Positions 11,691 through 26,330 of a DNA stretch of 64,000 nucleotides are shown piece by piece. Location of the stretch: assembly GCA_012295275.1 (NCBI GenBank), contig CM022679.1:25048001-25112000 (forward strand), read 5' to 3'. The position numbers and the translations under genes are program-made. Positions within the stretch are counted from its first letter, which is position 1; each line of letters begins with the position of its first letter. The DNA comes from Chrysomallon squamiferum. Lineage: Eukaryota > Animalia > Mollusca. Below the pieces are notes generated by a model. It was not told the DNA's origin, ran no database searches, and saw only the letters and a list, made by a program, of their open reading frames with translations.

Positions 11691-12641
11691 GTAAGTTTAT
11701 TGTGTTTTCAATGGTATAACAATATCTAACTGACACCCAGCCGAATGTAAATACACACCAGATTTTATAGACACCTTGATAAACAGGTAAACAAAAAAAA
11801 AAAAAAAAAAAAGTTTAACATGCCGGTGAAAGTATTGTCAATAATCGTTAGATTGAATTAATTAAACGTACGTTAATAAGTCATGGCTAATTTGTACTTC
11901 CATAAATGAAAAGGCAAAACATCAGTCACGTGTATTTGTTTAGTGTGTGTTTTTATGCCCATACGTTGCAAATAAAATGTTTATTTGCTTTTCTTCTCGC
12001 CACTTTCTGTTTGACCTAGAAAGTTAGGAGTTAAGTTTACCCTAGAGCTAAGCAATGTTGTGTTTATTGGTATTGCACTCTTAGAACTCCGACAGTATCA
12101 GGGTTAAATGAATTGCCAAACAGCAAATGATTAAAACACATATTGTAGTTACAGTGTATATATTCAACATGATCATTTCAGTAATTATTTTAAAATAATA
12201 AAATTATATTTCATCATTTTCTGTTATTTAGTTAATATATACAGTTTGTTTGCATGTTAAATACAGCTATTCTGTATTCTGTGCCTCATTTGCATGTTAT
12301 GTAGTTAGTCTGTTTCTCACCTTTTAATTCAGAGGTATTGAATTATATATATAGATATATATGTATATAGGCTATTTAGTAACCAATAACATACTTACTG
12401 TGTAAAAAAATAATATATATATACAAAACAAAACATAACAAAACAAAACAATAAATAAATAAATAAATAAACACATATTTTTTCTAAACAGAGAATATGC
12501 TGTATCGTTCAGTGGCCTGATCACGAGCATTATGAGTAACAGACTAAATTAATTTAATTTTCTACCATTTCCCCATTCCTACTCAGGCTTCACATTTGGG
12601 GTTATCAAAGATTTTTGTATGTGATTTGTTTTATTCTATGT

Positions 12642-12684
<43 letters not shown>

Positions 12685-13656
12685 CATAATAAAATATTTT
12701 TTTAGTTAAAATGAAAGTGAAAAATACTTGATAAAATAAAAATATTACAGGATAACTTTAGGTTTGTTTCTTTTTCTGTTGATCATTCCACAGACAAATA
12801 TTATTTGTATATGCACATGTATTCATAATTACATACATATGTTATATAATGATGTTCAAACTTAAGGTTAACTGTTGATCAGTAATCCTTGCAGACATTA
12901 TTCAGTTATTAAAAATAGATCACACAGGTGTGTTTACTTCAGTTGTTCTCTGGATAAGGTCATCAGTAATATTTTTATCTGTAAATTAAACGTTGTTAAA
13001 AAAAGAAGTAAATACTGTTAGTAATATTAGAACAATACTCAGTAGTAATTACACCAGTTACTAATAATAAATCTAGTGGTAATAATGAAATAACTAGAAA
13101 TAACAGTAATACTTGCATCAATATAACAGATAAACTAATTATAAAGTGTGTTAAGTATTAAGATATTTATAACCAAACTATACAGCTTATTGATTATCCT
13201 ATTGACAAATAATTATTATTTTAAGACAATTTCTTTTCTTTCTTTTTTTAAAGTAAAACTGGATTCTGAATTGTTTAAATATTTGACATTTTTGAAACTG
13301 ATTTTTTTTTTTTTTTTGATTTTTTTAAATACATGTTTAGAAAATTCTTTCTAGCCATGTTATTGTATTTTATCTTAATTACAGGTATGGTTTATTCATG
13401 TAGCTATTTTGCATTTATTTAATCAATAGCTTTTTGGTTTTGCACTGTAAACTGAATACACTATGTGTGATATTTATTGTATTAAATGGGGGCCATGTGA
13501 ATAATCATAGTAACAGCTGGATAGTACTATCTTGGTTTATATTACTGTTGTTAATTTAGTTGTTAAATTATTTTATTATTAACAACAACAACAACAACAT
13601 TAATTACAAAATAACAAGAACAAACAAAAGAAATAATAATGAAATAAAAAAATAAC

Positions 13657-13810
13657 ATAAATAAAATAAAATAAAATAAAATAAAATAAAATAAAATAAA
13701 ATAAAATAAAATAAAATAAAATAAAATAAAATAAAATAAAATAAAATAATTAAAATTAAAATTAAAATTAAATAAAAATAAAATGAAATAAAATTTAATA
13801 AAATAAAATA
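13657..13810. repeat. (AAAAT)n pentanucleotide repeat
   Basis: Directly visible. Confidence 0.93.
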
Positions 13811-14639
13811 AAAATATAAATGATTGATTTAATAGTTTAATGACTGCTAACAGTTTTTCATTTGATGACTGACAAGAGCTTGTTATATCTTGCTATAATG
13901 ATAGTATAAGAGAGATTAAAAAAAAATATCTGATTCATTTGAGATTGTTTATGTACCATAGTCTGGTGTTAGAATTGATTAGTGTTTCCAAGTCAAAAAA
14001 GTTCAGACTGCTGAAAACATTTTATTTTTAACAAGCCTGTTTAAATGAAAAAGCAATGTAGGATGAAATTATTTTAAATACACGTGCCCTAAAATAATAA
14101 TAAAAATAGTATTAAATACAATTAAAATAATATTAATTAAAATAATATTAATTAAAATAAAATAAATAAATAAATAATATGAAAAATAAGAAAATATTAA
14201 TAAATTAGAAGTTTGAAGCCCATTGCTTAATTTTCAGTGTTTAGTTAATGACTGTCAAACATTTGATGTTTGTAATATATAAAATTTTATAGAAAACTCT
14301 AATTCTTCAAAAGGCAGGAGAGAACATGTCACAGTCTTTGATAATTACATCTGGTTAGAACTGGGATATTTATAAATCTTTAATTTTTGCTTTAACCCAT
14401 TGAACTTATAAAATGTCCCAGTTAAAGGACTTGGTGAACATTTAGGAGTATTTTTATCAGTGATTTGGGGAAATATTAACTGGCTTATCATAAACTGTTG
14501 TTGTGTATTATTTTAACTTTAGTCTAGGGTTAAAGTTGATGAATCTAGACTGTTTGAACATTTAAAATTAATATAAAAAGATGCAGTCAGTTCTTGTTTA
14601 AGTAGTGCATGCCCTTCCAGTCAATTAATCATACTTAAC

Positions 14640-16020
14640 AGAAAGTAATATGTGTGTGATCCTAATAATATCTGAAAGCTATGAAACTGGTAAATCTGGT
14701 TATAGAAATAATAGTTATTTTATATAGACCATATAGTGCTTTATGCCATGAAGATTTTATCTGTTAATCTTGAAATTAATGGTTTATTGACAAGATAATT
14801 GTTTATCCTGGAAGTATCAGGATCTCTGTTCATTAACTGTTATCATCTAAGCAGATGAGTTAACTGCTGATAAATCTGGTTCTACAAACTGTAATTACTT
14901 AATGTAGATCACAGAGTGTTTATGTCACTGAAGTTTATGATCAGTCCTCATTACCTGTTAATCTTGAAGATGTTGACTTTCCTTTGATTAAGCTAATTCT
15001 TGATGTAGTTAATTAAACATAGAGATTGTTTGTTTTGGAGGTATTAGATTTTTCTGATTTATTAGTCTTGAAGAAGATGACTAAACCATTGGTAGAGCTG
15101 GTTCTCAAAAATATAAATACCTATTTTACTAATGCAATGGTTTATGACAGGGCAGTTTTAAAACTGCTGTTCATGATCTGTTAATCCTGAAGAAGATGAC
15201 TTAATCATTAACACAGCTATTTCTTGAAAACATAAATATTTGATATACTTAACATTTGGCTGTTTGTCCTGAGGATTTATGGTTTATTGCTTTATTATGT
15301 GTTATTCTTTAAGCTGATGAATTAACAGTTCATAAAATTGGTTCTGCAAAAACATGAATATTTGTTATAGTGTTTTGGAGGTGTTAAGACTGCTGTTAGT
15401 CTTGGTGATGATGACTTAACCATTGAAAAAAGTGATTACAGAAAACAAACTCACTTAATGTAGTTACTACAGTGGTTCTTGTCTTGCAAGTATTAGAAGT
15501 GCTTTTCATTACCTGTCAGTCTTTGCACTGATGACTTTACCATCAATAACACTGGTTGTTGAACCACGATGCTGTTATTATGTAGTTAGTAAAGTGGTTG
15601 TTTATCATTAACAGTTAATACCAATTCTGATGAGTTACCCATTGATAAAACTGCTTCTGAAAAACATTAAGATTTAATGTAGTTAATATAATGGTGGTTA
15701 GTTCTAGAGTCCTGAGAGTGTTTCTAATTATCCATTAGTTTTTATGCTTATGATTTAACCACTAGTAAAACTTGGTTCTAGAAACCATTGATGTTTATCC
15801 TGAAGGTTTTGCGACCTGATAGTCTTGATGACTTACTTAATGTTTGCTACAGCTGATTCTTGAAACTGTGATTATCTAATATAGTTAATATAGTCTGTGC
15901 TTTTAGGTTAACTCCTCAGAAACTGTTTGTCATAAAGCTCGTGATTTAACTGTTGATAAAAGTGGTTCTAGAAAACAACCACACTTAATGTAGTTAATTA
16001 ACAAACTGATTGTAAGTCCT
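14640..16020. repeat. Degenerate tandem satellite, roughly 13 units of ~100-120 bp
   Basis: Recurrent ...ctgttaatcttgaagctgatgacttaaccattgataaaactggttct...ttacttaatgtagtta... Confidence 0.8.
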
Positions 16021-16808
16021 TGAAGTGGTGGCTATAGTTTTTCCTCAGAGCTAACGTCATTAGTGTTCATATGTTAGTCTGACAGTCTAACACTGATACT
16101 GTCTCTTCGTCAGACATTTAAGCCTTCAGAACATTTAAGAATATTTTACAGTGAATAAATAAATGGCTACACACAGATACATACATACACACACACACAC
16201 ACTTACTTTGCTTGCACTTACAAACATAAATCAGATTATATAAATAAATAGATAGGCAACCATTAATTGTGCTTTTCAGATACAAAGTGTTGCAGACATC
16301 TGCAGTGATTGTGAAATTTTAGAAGTATTTTTAACACTTAGTTGATACAGGACTATCGCTCCTGGGTTTTCTGTCCTGAGTATACATAACCTGAATCATA
16401 ATCCATGTTAGAATTAATTTCATTCACACTTTCAGCCAGTGGCATAATTCTGTGTTGTCTGTTCGTGTCTGTTTTTGTCTGTTTTACATCCTTGTCTAGT
16501 TAGTGATTTTTTTTTTTACTGTTCAGATACCTGCATGTCATTATAGGAAAACAAGACAAATACAGACACATATAAAATGATAGTAATATAACACACAATC
16601 ATATATTAATTAATACATGTATGTTCAGAGACACACATACCTTCATACATGTATGTTTAGATACACACTCATCTGTATTCAGACAGTTAGACACATTGAT
16701 ATGTAGAGACAAAGAGACAGAGTTATACAGATAATTATATACATTCCATTACATAAGGAAAATACTTTTTAAAACACCGAAATCAAAATATTTATAATAT
16801 TTGAAGAT

Positions 16809-16841
<33 letters not shown>

Positions 16842-17860
16842 AATCTATATTTGTGTGTGTGAATAAACCTTGCAAGACAGACATTCTGTTTAATTTGGTA
16901 ATGAAGTAATGAATTATGGACAGTTTTCTGTGAATTGTTGGTTAGATACTTCTATCATATTTCTCCTATCTACTCACAAGATTGGCCTTTATCAAATTTT
17001 ACACATAACTTGTGCACTGGCTTTGGAAGACTTATGGTAAATTGTTGTTTGCTGTATGTTGTTGCTGTACACCATGTTTAGTTCAAGTAAATTTTTAGTA
17101 CATATTTCTGCATTCGTCAAGTTTGCCCAGACCAATTCCATTAAGTGCAATGTTGTTAGGGATTATTACCATTAGCTGGCGGTATTTTCATCAAGTTAAA
17201 CTGGTGTTTGTTTAGTGACTTAATCTGTAAATCACAATTTTGTAAAGTTCTAAAATCACTAAAGATTTTGTCATTCACATCTTGATATCAAGAAGCCTGG
17301 AACAGGGAACACACCCAATAGGTTTTTTTTTAGTACAGCATTCAGTAGAAAAATATTTCTTCCTCTCAGTCTGTCTGTCTTTGTTTTCTATCTCTCATTC
17401 TTTCTCTGTGTGTGCACATATATGTATATGTGTATGTAATGTTAGAATGTCTCTACATCATCAAAATGGAAAGCAGAGTTTTATTAATCCTGAATCAGAT
17501 ATCAGTCTAGTGAGATACTATTTTTTTTCTATTTTTTTTAAAAACTTTTGCCAGACTTGGTTATTATTAAAACTATTTTTTTTCTGAAAATCCCAGGATA
17601 TTTGCAGAAGGTCTTATTTTTATAAAAATTAATGTCTTTTCAAAGAGAAATCTGTTTGCCAAAAGAGGTGTTAGTTGAAATCACAAAGGTAAACACTGTG
17701 AAAAGTTCTTCTTGCTGAGTTGTCTTTTCTTCAACTATGATCCCAAATACACACACAGAAACATTACGACAAGACTTCAAAAATACCATCAGATAATGAA
17801 TATGGATATTACTCCTTAACTTGTTAGTCAGATTCAATAAGAGGTTGTGTGTGTGTGTGT

Positions 17861-17905
<45 letters not shown>

Positions 17906-19330
17906 CTCGCTATATGTTTGTTGCATGTGTGTGTTTATCAATATAGGTGTGTGATGCTGAGTGAACAAGTTTAAGTATCCAGTTTAACTCAAGTAATTAA
18001 ATCTGACTTTAGTTCAGCCTTTCTAGTGTATTTTCCAATCTGCATTCCACTACACACCATTTCACTACAATTTTTGCATTTTTTATGTTTTACCCTTTTG
18101 TGGTCCAGTGGCAGTTAAATTCGTGTGGCCATGAAAATGAATTCAAATTGAAATTCTCAAGAAAGAATAAATAGATTTGTTTCCAAGGAAAACTTGTTAT
18201 TGTCTTGGAAATTGAATACACTGAATAGAAAGTCTATTTTCAGAGATTCTTCTGGATGTATGGGTAGCCATGTTCAAATTAAATTATACTCTTCCATACA
18301 AGCTTCATTGTAAATTGTTGTACCTGAAGTGCAGTGGATTACGGGATGAATTCTTCCCACCAGATCTGTTGAACAAATTCCCATTCCAATTGGTGGCTCA
18401 TGACTCGACTGCCAGTGCCTGTTTTATGTGCCATCATTTCATCATTTATGCAGTCATGTCATGACTCCTGTTGCAAAAGCATAAAATGAGTGTATAAATG
18501 TTTTGGAATAGTGTTATTTTATTGTCTGTGCTTTATTCTGAGTGACAATAGGTCTCCCACAACAATAAAGTAATTACATGGAAATATAAATAATTTTTAT
18601 AAGATTATTTATTCATATCTTGAGATGGAAACTTTAGCATTAAAATGTGTTGCATTTTTTTGTGAAATATTTATTCAGTTATCCACGGTAAAATTAATGT
18701 CAGTATTTGTATTTTTTTTCTTTTTCTTTTTATTGTTTTTATTCTTTTTCCCATTTTTTTTTTTTTTTTTTCTCTTTCACATTAACCGATTCTGAAAAAC
18801 GATAAAACCGTCTGTGTGGCATGTGACTGGATTCAAATGAGAACATGTTCAAATTGATGGCTGAAAATATGGGGCTATCTTCCCAGGCTCAAAAAAAAAA
18901 AAAAAAAAAAAAAGAAAAAGAAAAAAGGAATAAAAAGAAAATGGCAGTCAGCAACTCAATAAACATTTAATATTGATTGACTCAGACTCATGACTGAATC
19001 ACTTCTGTGACATGAGCCAGTGTCACATCTTGTCATGTCACTGTCACATCACCTGACAGACCTCTGACATCCAATCACAATAAGTGTTCATTAAGGTCAT
19101 TTAATATTTTTATTTTACTGAACGGTGTGTGAAAGTTGAATTAATTTCTGCTTTTTGTTAAGAACATGATTTTGTGAGGAGCAAAAGAAAATAATGTGAA
19201 ATAAAAAAAAATTGTTTTTTTTTTTTTTTTTACATTAATCATTTTAGACATATAAGAATGAGAAAATAAAATGTTGTTATTTTTTCTTTCCATGCTTTCA
19301 ACTCTTATAGATGCTGTTTTTCTTTTATTT

Positions 19331-19332
<2 letters not shown>

Positions 19333-19415
<83 letters not shown>
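19333..19415. repeat. (CT)n microsatellite
   Basis: Directly visible. Confidence 0.97.
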
Positions 19416-19417
<2 letters not shown>

Positions 19418-19959
19418 ATAGTCTGTAAATGATTTTTCTCAGCCTGTTCATAGTTTCAGATGAGACTTTTCATTTTATTTTTATTCTAATATTTTTGTTT
19501 GTTTGTCTTTTTGGTTTTGGCTGTCAAAAATACTAAACATTCTATTGGAAATCACTGAATAAAAACATTATTGGACAAATTTATTCACACCTCATATAAA
19601 ACCATACAACAATTAATTCAATAAATTAGCCACAATTTTTATTGGTTTTTTTTAGAACACACTGTACAGACAACAACTGTTAGTCTGTGTAACATGTTAT
19701 TGATTTCCATTGTTCAGTTTTATACCATCATTAAATTGGTTTTGTTTGTCTTCAAGTGTACACCTACACTCATGTAAAACATAATTAATTTGTGGACAGA
19801 TCTTTGATTTGCTGAACAAGCTGTCCTGGTTGAAGCAGAACATGCTTTAATGGTGATTACAGCAATCAAAGAAAGAGTCAGTGTTTGCTGCACACTATTT
19901 AATAGCCGAGAATCTCTCTGGTCTTTCTAAATGTGTATATTTGTCAGAATGGTACCATT

Positions 19960-20440
19960 GACACAAGATACAATCATTAACCAAAGTGTCATCTCAGAAC
20001 AATAGACATACATTTCTTTTCTTTACTTAAACTGTATTTTAATGGTTCTCAGTATAATTTGAACCATGCTTATAACAATCTGTCTTGTTTTAAAATATTT
20101 TAATACAAGGCACAATCCTTAACCAAAGTGTCATCTTGATAATCATAGACATACATTTGGTTTCTGTTCTTTTATTAACTGTATTTTATAGTTGTTAGGA
20201 TAACTGAAATGGCTTAATTCAATCCCTAACCAAACAGCAGACATACATATTTCTTTAATTTTTCTTTGTATTTTCTTGTTGTTAGGATAACTGGAATACT
20301 ACTTAAGTCCATTTTGAAATGCATTTGATAAGAGATAAAATATATAAATAACATGATTTTATTAACATTGTACAGACAAGATTATATTTCTTTCTTTTTT
20401 TCTTAACTTTATTATCTTGTTATTAGGATAATTAGAATGA
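19960..20440. repeat. Degenerate tandem repeat, about 4 units of ~120-140 bp
   Basis: Recurrent aaccaaagtgtcatct...atagacatacattt and ttgttaggataact. Confidence 0.7.
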
Positions 20441-20499
20441 TGCTTGCATCAGCCAGTTCCTTTTCAAATGCTGTTTATAGCCAGGGAAGGTTCAAGCAC

Positions 20500-20680
20500 C
20501 TTTGTCGTGGACACAATTGGTTAGCTTATGTTGTCAGTCGAGGACAGTGTTGGATTTAGATGAGAGTGAGTGTAGTGGGCTCACATCACCCCAATTAGCT
20601 CTGGGTAGAAGCTGATAGGAGTTCTGTAATTGGGAAGTATGACCATCTAATGCTTTGTCCATTGTAAGACTGAACATTTT
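20500..20680 (-). mobile_element. Decayed SINE fragment
   Basis: gtgtagtgggctcacatcacccc...gctctgggtagaagctg resembles the reverse of a tRNA-headed gastropod SINE body, recalled from memory. Confidence 0.4.
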
Positions 20681-21489
20681 TGTCTGCCACTGTGCCTTTG
20701 GTTGTTTCTCATGATAGAAACTTGTTGCTGCTTATTACAGGTCACGGTAATGTTAACCCATAACCAAAAAAAAGAAAGTAGACTTTTTAATGTGTTTGGA
20801 ATGAAGAAATCATTTGGGCCAGCTTTTTGAATAAGAAATAAAAACTCCTTTGTAGAGAAAGAAATTACACATTAAGAAAAAAGAAAATCATGTTTGTGAA
20901 TGTTCATCTTTACAAATACATCAATAAATAAATAAAAAGTAAATTGCTTATGCAAATAATCAGCTAAAAATAGCAAACCAACAGCCACTTCTTGTCATTA
21001 AATTGAAAGCTTTTAAAAAAATATAATCTGAAAGCATTTCTTTTTTTATTCTTCTGACACTACTTGCATACAAAATCTCATTTATAAAAGCACTGAAATT
21101 TTTTAAAATCTCTTTTTTCTTTTTTGACATAATTTGTTATTATTTTTAAACATGATTTGGTTTTCGTGTATTAAATGCTGGGTTGAATATTCACTGCTGT
21201 TTAAGTTATGATTATAAAAATGGTACAACTGGTCAGAATAAAAGTATCTGTGTGTCTGTTAATGAGTGTGGAACTTCTCTATGGACAAAAAGCATGCTTC
21301 AGAATTTCCTTTTCTTTTGAATTTTGCCAACGCCATTTCTGGCTGTTGCTCATTTAAGTATGAATGGATTTCAGTTGGCGAAATCGTGCAAGAAATTTCA
21401 TCATCAGAAAGAGCATCCTGTTTGAAGCAAACATCTTTTTGTGTCTAGACTGCACATCACACTTAGTTGTCTGCAAATCTGTTTCAGTT

Positions 21490-22430
21490 TAAAAACAACC
21501 CTGTTATTAAGGACACCTCTAAAATACATTACAATCGTCAGCTGATTTGAAATGATTTATGTGTCTGTATATGAAACACTCTTATTGAGGACACCTCTAA
21601 TTTTCCAAAATCAATATTAATATCCTTATAAAACATGCTTGGTTTTTACTTTTTGCAACAACTCTGTTATTAAGGACACCTGTAAAATACATCACAATCT
21701 TCAGTTGATTTGAAATGATTTATGTTTCTGAATATCTAACTTGTTTTGTGTTACAACTCTGCTGTTGAGGATTCCTTTAATTTCTAATACAGTATCTTTA
21801 TGAAACTTGTTTAACATTTACAGTAACTTTAAAACACAATACACTGCCAAACTAATTTGAAATGATATGTGTCTGAATACCAAGACTGTTTTCTTTTACA
21901 ATTCTGTTATCGAGGACATCTCTAATTTCTGTTGTAATAATAATATACAACTTGTTTAATTTTGTTATACTTCTAACAGTAAATTTCTTATTAAATACAC
22001 CTTTAAAATACAGAACAGTGCCAAACTGATTTGAAATAAGTTATGTGTCTGAATATTAATTTTTTATTTATTTACAGTTCTCATTATTTTGAATAAACTT
22101 CTGATGTCATAATCATGGTATCACTGTAAAATATTGTTTACTCTTACATTTAATTTTTTTATTAAGTGTAACTTTAAAATAGGTGAAAATTTCAGATTAA
22201 CAGGAAGAGAGATACATTACAGTCTCATTGATATTAAATATATTCAGTTTAACAGTAAAAGAACTTGGTTATTATGGACACCCTTAAATTCAATGAAATT
22301 TTGCATTAAAAGGAAATCTCACATTATGGACACCTTTAAATTCAATTAAATTTTGCATTAAGAGGAAATATCTTATTACGGACACCTTTAAATTCATAAT
22401 ACCTTCTTAATAAGACATTTCTGAAATACA
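21490..22430. repeat. Complex tandem array built on the motif TTATTAAGGACACCTCTAA (about 9-10 copies)
   Basis: Motif variants near 21505, 21582, 21666, 21762, 21905, 21988, 22268, 22323 and 22373. Confidence 0.8.
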
Positions 22431-22471
22431 TTACGATCACTTATAGGAAAGTAATAATAATTATAATAAAA

Positions 22472-22528
<57 letters not shown>

Positions 22529-23149
22529 GCAATAATAATAATCCTTTTTTATTTATCAGTATAAAAATATTATATATATTTTTTCAATAAATGTTCTAGA
22601 AAAAAACACAGTATTTTTATTTATCAACTGATTTTAAGAATTATGTTGCTTGTTAATTTTTTTCACTGACATTTCTAGGAAAGGATCAAAATTTAAAACA
22701 GTTTTGTATATATATATAAGCATGTTTATAAATGGTATTTAAATATACAGAGTTTAATCTGTTTCAAACAAATATATCTGAATCTGAATTTTGATTAAAC
22801 ATTTTCTTTCTTCATACGGTCACTAAATCATATTTTAATTTTTTTTATTTTTTAAAGTCAAAACATTATTATGTCAAAAACAGGTTTTTATATTGAAAGA
22901 GAGAAATTGCAGAAACTTTTGACCCATCTCTAAATCAATCTCTATTTTTTTTTTTTCCAATGCAAATTGGATTATCTACAAGAAGAGATTATGGAGGCCA
23001 GAGCTATGAGAGGGTTCGCTGGCAAAAACTCAGTCTGTCTTTTGATTCACCCCAGAAATTAAAAAAAAAAAAAAAAAAATCCCATAAGAGCATTTCCATT
23101 CCCATGGATGTGTGTAAACTGTCCAAAGTTACAATGTCACCTCACAGTG

Positions 23150-23572
23150 TATTGATTCGATAACACGAGCTCACTTTGTCCCAAAGAGCAAACAGTCGTG
23201 CCTGATTTCCGTGTTTCCTCCGTTAGAAAGAGAGCACCAGCTAACCAGACAGACCAGTGTTTCTGTCTCTGTGTACCAAGCATTAAGTGCTGTGTGTGCC
23301 TAACTGTCCGATTAATGTAATTGTTGGAGTTTTATTTCTTCTTCTTCTTCTTTCTTTTTGTTTCTCTTGTGAGAACGCGGTCTGTACTGATCTCAAAGCG
23401 ATTGTGTTTGCGGTCATGTTGATTGGAATGGAGTTAATCAGGAGTTATTCTGGAAGATAGATCTCTCTTTGCCTGCGAGATTAACTTGGGCGCTCTGATA
23501 GTGTTCATTTCATGGCTCTGTGGATTTTTCTCTCTCATTGTCTTTTCCACGGTGAACTGTACTTACTTTGAG
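23150..23572 (+). promoter_or_regulatory. Candidate alternative promoter / non-coding exon
   Basis: CpG-retaining complex island ending at GAG|GTAACT (23572/23573); no ATG-initiated frame found reaching the donor. Confidence 0.4.
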
Positions 23573-25782
23573 GTAACTAAGATATTAGGTGAAGTTCAGG
23601 GCAAAAGTTAATTTGCTGGGTAAATTTCAACAGTAGATTTGCTCTTCAGTATGTTGGAAGTAATTCTTTAAGAAATCTTATTATATTTTTTATCACTATT
23701 GGAATTGAAATTTTAAAAATTTCTTTTCAAAAAGATTGTATATAATAGATATTTAACAAATTTATAGCAGTATTTTAGAATGAGAATATTTTCATTAAAA
23801 ATAATTAAAATCTTTACTTTTGAAAAGATAAATACTTCCAGAATTAAAAAGATTAAATGAAAAATTAAATAATGACAGAATTAAAAATTAAAATTTAATT
23901 AAATGAAAATAAAAAAAATCCCCTAAAATATAAATCAAAAATTTTTTTAAAAATTAAAAATTAAAAATAGTAATAAAAAAAAAATTAAAAAAATTAAATA
24001 AATAAAAAAAAAGTAATAAATCAGACCAAACTGGTAGTTAAAACAATGAAAGTATTTCACGTTTTTTAACACTTCGCCTATTAGGATATTAACTGTGCCC
24101 TGCTAATGCTTAATTATCCAAGCTGTTACTGTGAGAACTGCGAAGTGTGAGAATACATCTGATTCCATTACCAGTAACAGCAGGACTTTTCTTTCTATTC
24201 GTAGACTGAAATCTGAATGTCATACTACAGATTTAATAATACATTTAACTGTGCACTCTGTTAAAATACTGTCACTTTCTTCCTTGTTTTATTTACTTCT
24301 TTCTTTTTTTCTTTTTGCTTTTCTTCTTTCTTTTTTTTAGCTGTACTTTTTCTTTCTTTTTTTTATTTTTTTTTTTCTTTTGTGAATTTTCCTTTTTTCT
24401 TTTCTTCACTTTTCTTTCTTTCTTTTAGTTATATTTTCCTTTTTCCTTTTCTTATTTTTTCTTTCTTTCTTTCTTTTCTTTAATTTGGTCCTTTCTATTA
24501 TCTTTTTAAATTTGATTATTTATTCATCTGTTCTTTGGCTTGTTTGCTCATAGATTAATTTTGTTTTGTTCATTCATTTTTTTCTTTCCTTCATTCAATT
24601 TCTTTCTTTGATTAAGTTTTCATTCCTTTATTTGTTCACTTTATTTATTATTTATTCCTTTGCTTATTTTTTTTTATTTCATTCATTTTATACATTTCTG
24701 CTTTCCTTAATTTATTCTTAATTCAGATTGTTTTTCTTTTGATTATTATTTTCATTTCTTCATTTCTTCCATTCATTTCTTCATTATTCCTTTTATTTAT
24801 TTATCTTTGAATTATTCTTATTTTCATTAAACTCTTTGCTGCCAAAGCTAAGTACTGTATATAACCACTTTTATGATAGTATTCCAATTTTTGTTTTTAA
24901 TTAAACTGTCATTTAGGGTGATTGCCCATTAAACTATAAAAACATTTTTAAAAAACATTTCCTTCTAAAACAAACCCAAGTTGAGACAAATGAGTCTATA
25001 AAAATAGTCTAAATTGCAGTGTAATACTTGATATTCCTGCTTCAGAAAATTTGTGGGATATGATGATATAAAAAATAAAATTTGATTGTGGTAGTAGTAT
25101 ATGATCTAGGTACTGAACTCTACTGATGAAAACACAACACTTAAATCAGAATTTCTGTGACCACTAAGGCACAGTCACTCTTCATATTGAAAAATCAAAA
25201 TTGTGACAGATAGAGTAATTGCTGAAGGCATTTCAGAGGTTATTTTAGCCAATCCATCATTCATTAATTTATTTTATTTTATTTATTTAATCAGTCATTT
25301 TCTTACCTTCACACACCAAACACACACACACACACACACACACATGAATACAAACACAGACACAATAATGCACATAGTGACACACATAATTATCAATAGC
25401 ATTTTGAAAACAATCATTTTTCTCTTCCACAGTTAACCAAAAAAAAAAAAAAAAAAAAAACCCCAAAAAGAATGAACAAAACAATAATAATAAAAAAACA
25501 TCTTATGAAAAATTAATTTCAAAAATTCTAAAGTGGATCTCGTGAAGCATGACACATCTTTGAAGGCCTAGTTGGTTTGTGAATTTAATAACAAATGTGT
25601 ATGCCAAGCTGAAGAAAAAAGAAAAAAGAAAAAAAAAGGAAAAGAAAAATAATAAAAGAATATTTCTAAAAAAAAAAAAAAAAAAAAAAAAGAAAAGCGA
25701 AAAAAAACTAAATTTATATTGATGTGAGGAAACACAATTGTTGTGACAGATCACATATTGGCACTGGATGAATGTAGCTGCC

Positions 25783-25814
<32 letters not shown>

Positions 25815-25851
25815 CCATACCATCTCTCTCTCTCTCTCTCCCATTCTGCAG

Positions 25852-26022
25852 ATGTTATTGTGGCAAATGGGCGGCAAAAAGTCTTGAGGCTCTGGGAACA
25901 GCCACTGCATCAATAGGAGATAATAAGAATCATTGATGTAGGCAGAGCAGTGACAGACAACAACTGTTTTATTGGAGTACTCTGTGTCCTGCGATGACAA
26001 GCTGGTCTTCAAACTCTGACAG
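25852..26022 (+). other. Candidate internal non-coding (5' UTR) exon, 171 nt
   Basis: (CT)n tract + ttctgcag| acceptor and CAG|GTCAGT donor; stop codons in all three frames. Confidence 0.35.
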
Positions 26023-26064
26023 GTCAGTTGTAGATTAATAGTCACATTAATAATAATAATAATA

Positions 26065-26330
26065 ATGATGATGATGATGATGATTATGTTGGTGATGATA
26101 TCAATGATGATGATGATGATGATGATGCCAATAATAATAAAAATTATAATGATATTGATAATAGCAAGAGTAATAATGATGATGATGATGATGATAATAA
26201 AGGAAATGGTGGTGATAATGATAGCAATAATGATGATAATAAATGATTATGTGTGCATATGGATGTGTGTGTGTCTCTGTGTGTGTGTGTGTGTGTTGTG
26301 TGTGTGTGTGTGTGTGTGTTGCTTTGTGTG
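26065..26330. repeat. (ATG/ATA)n followed by (GT)n
   Basis: Directly visible. Confidence 0.9.

Noticed and set aside
15300-15660. CTGATGA motifs in the satellite as a hammerhead ribozyme core
   Set aside because: No stem II followed by GAAA and no stem I/III pairing.
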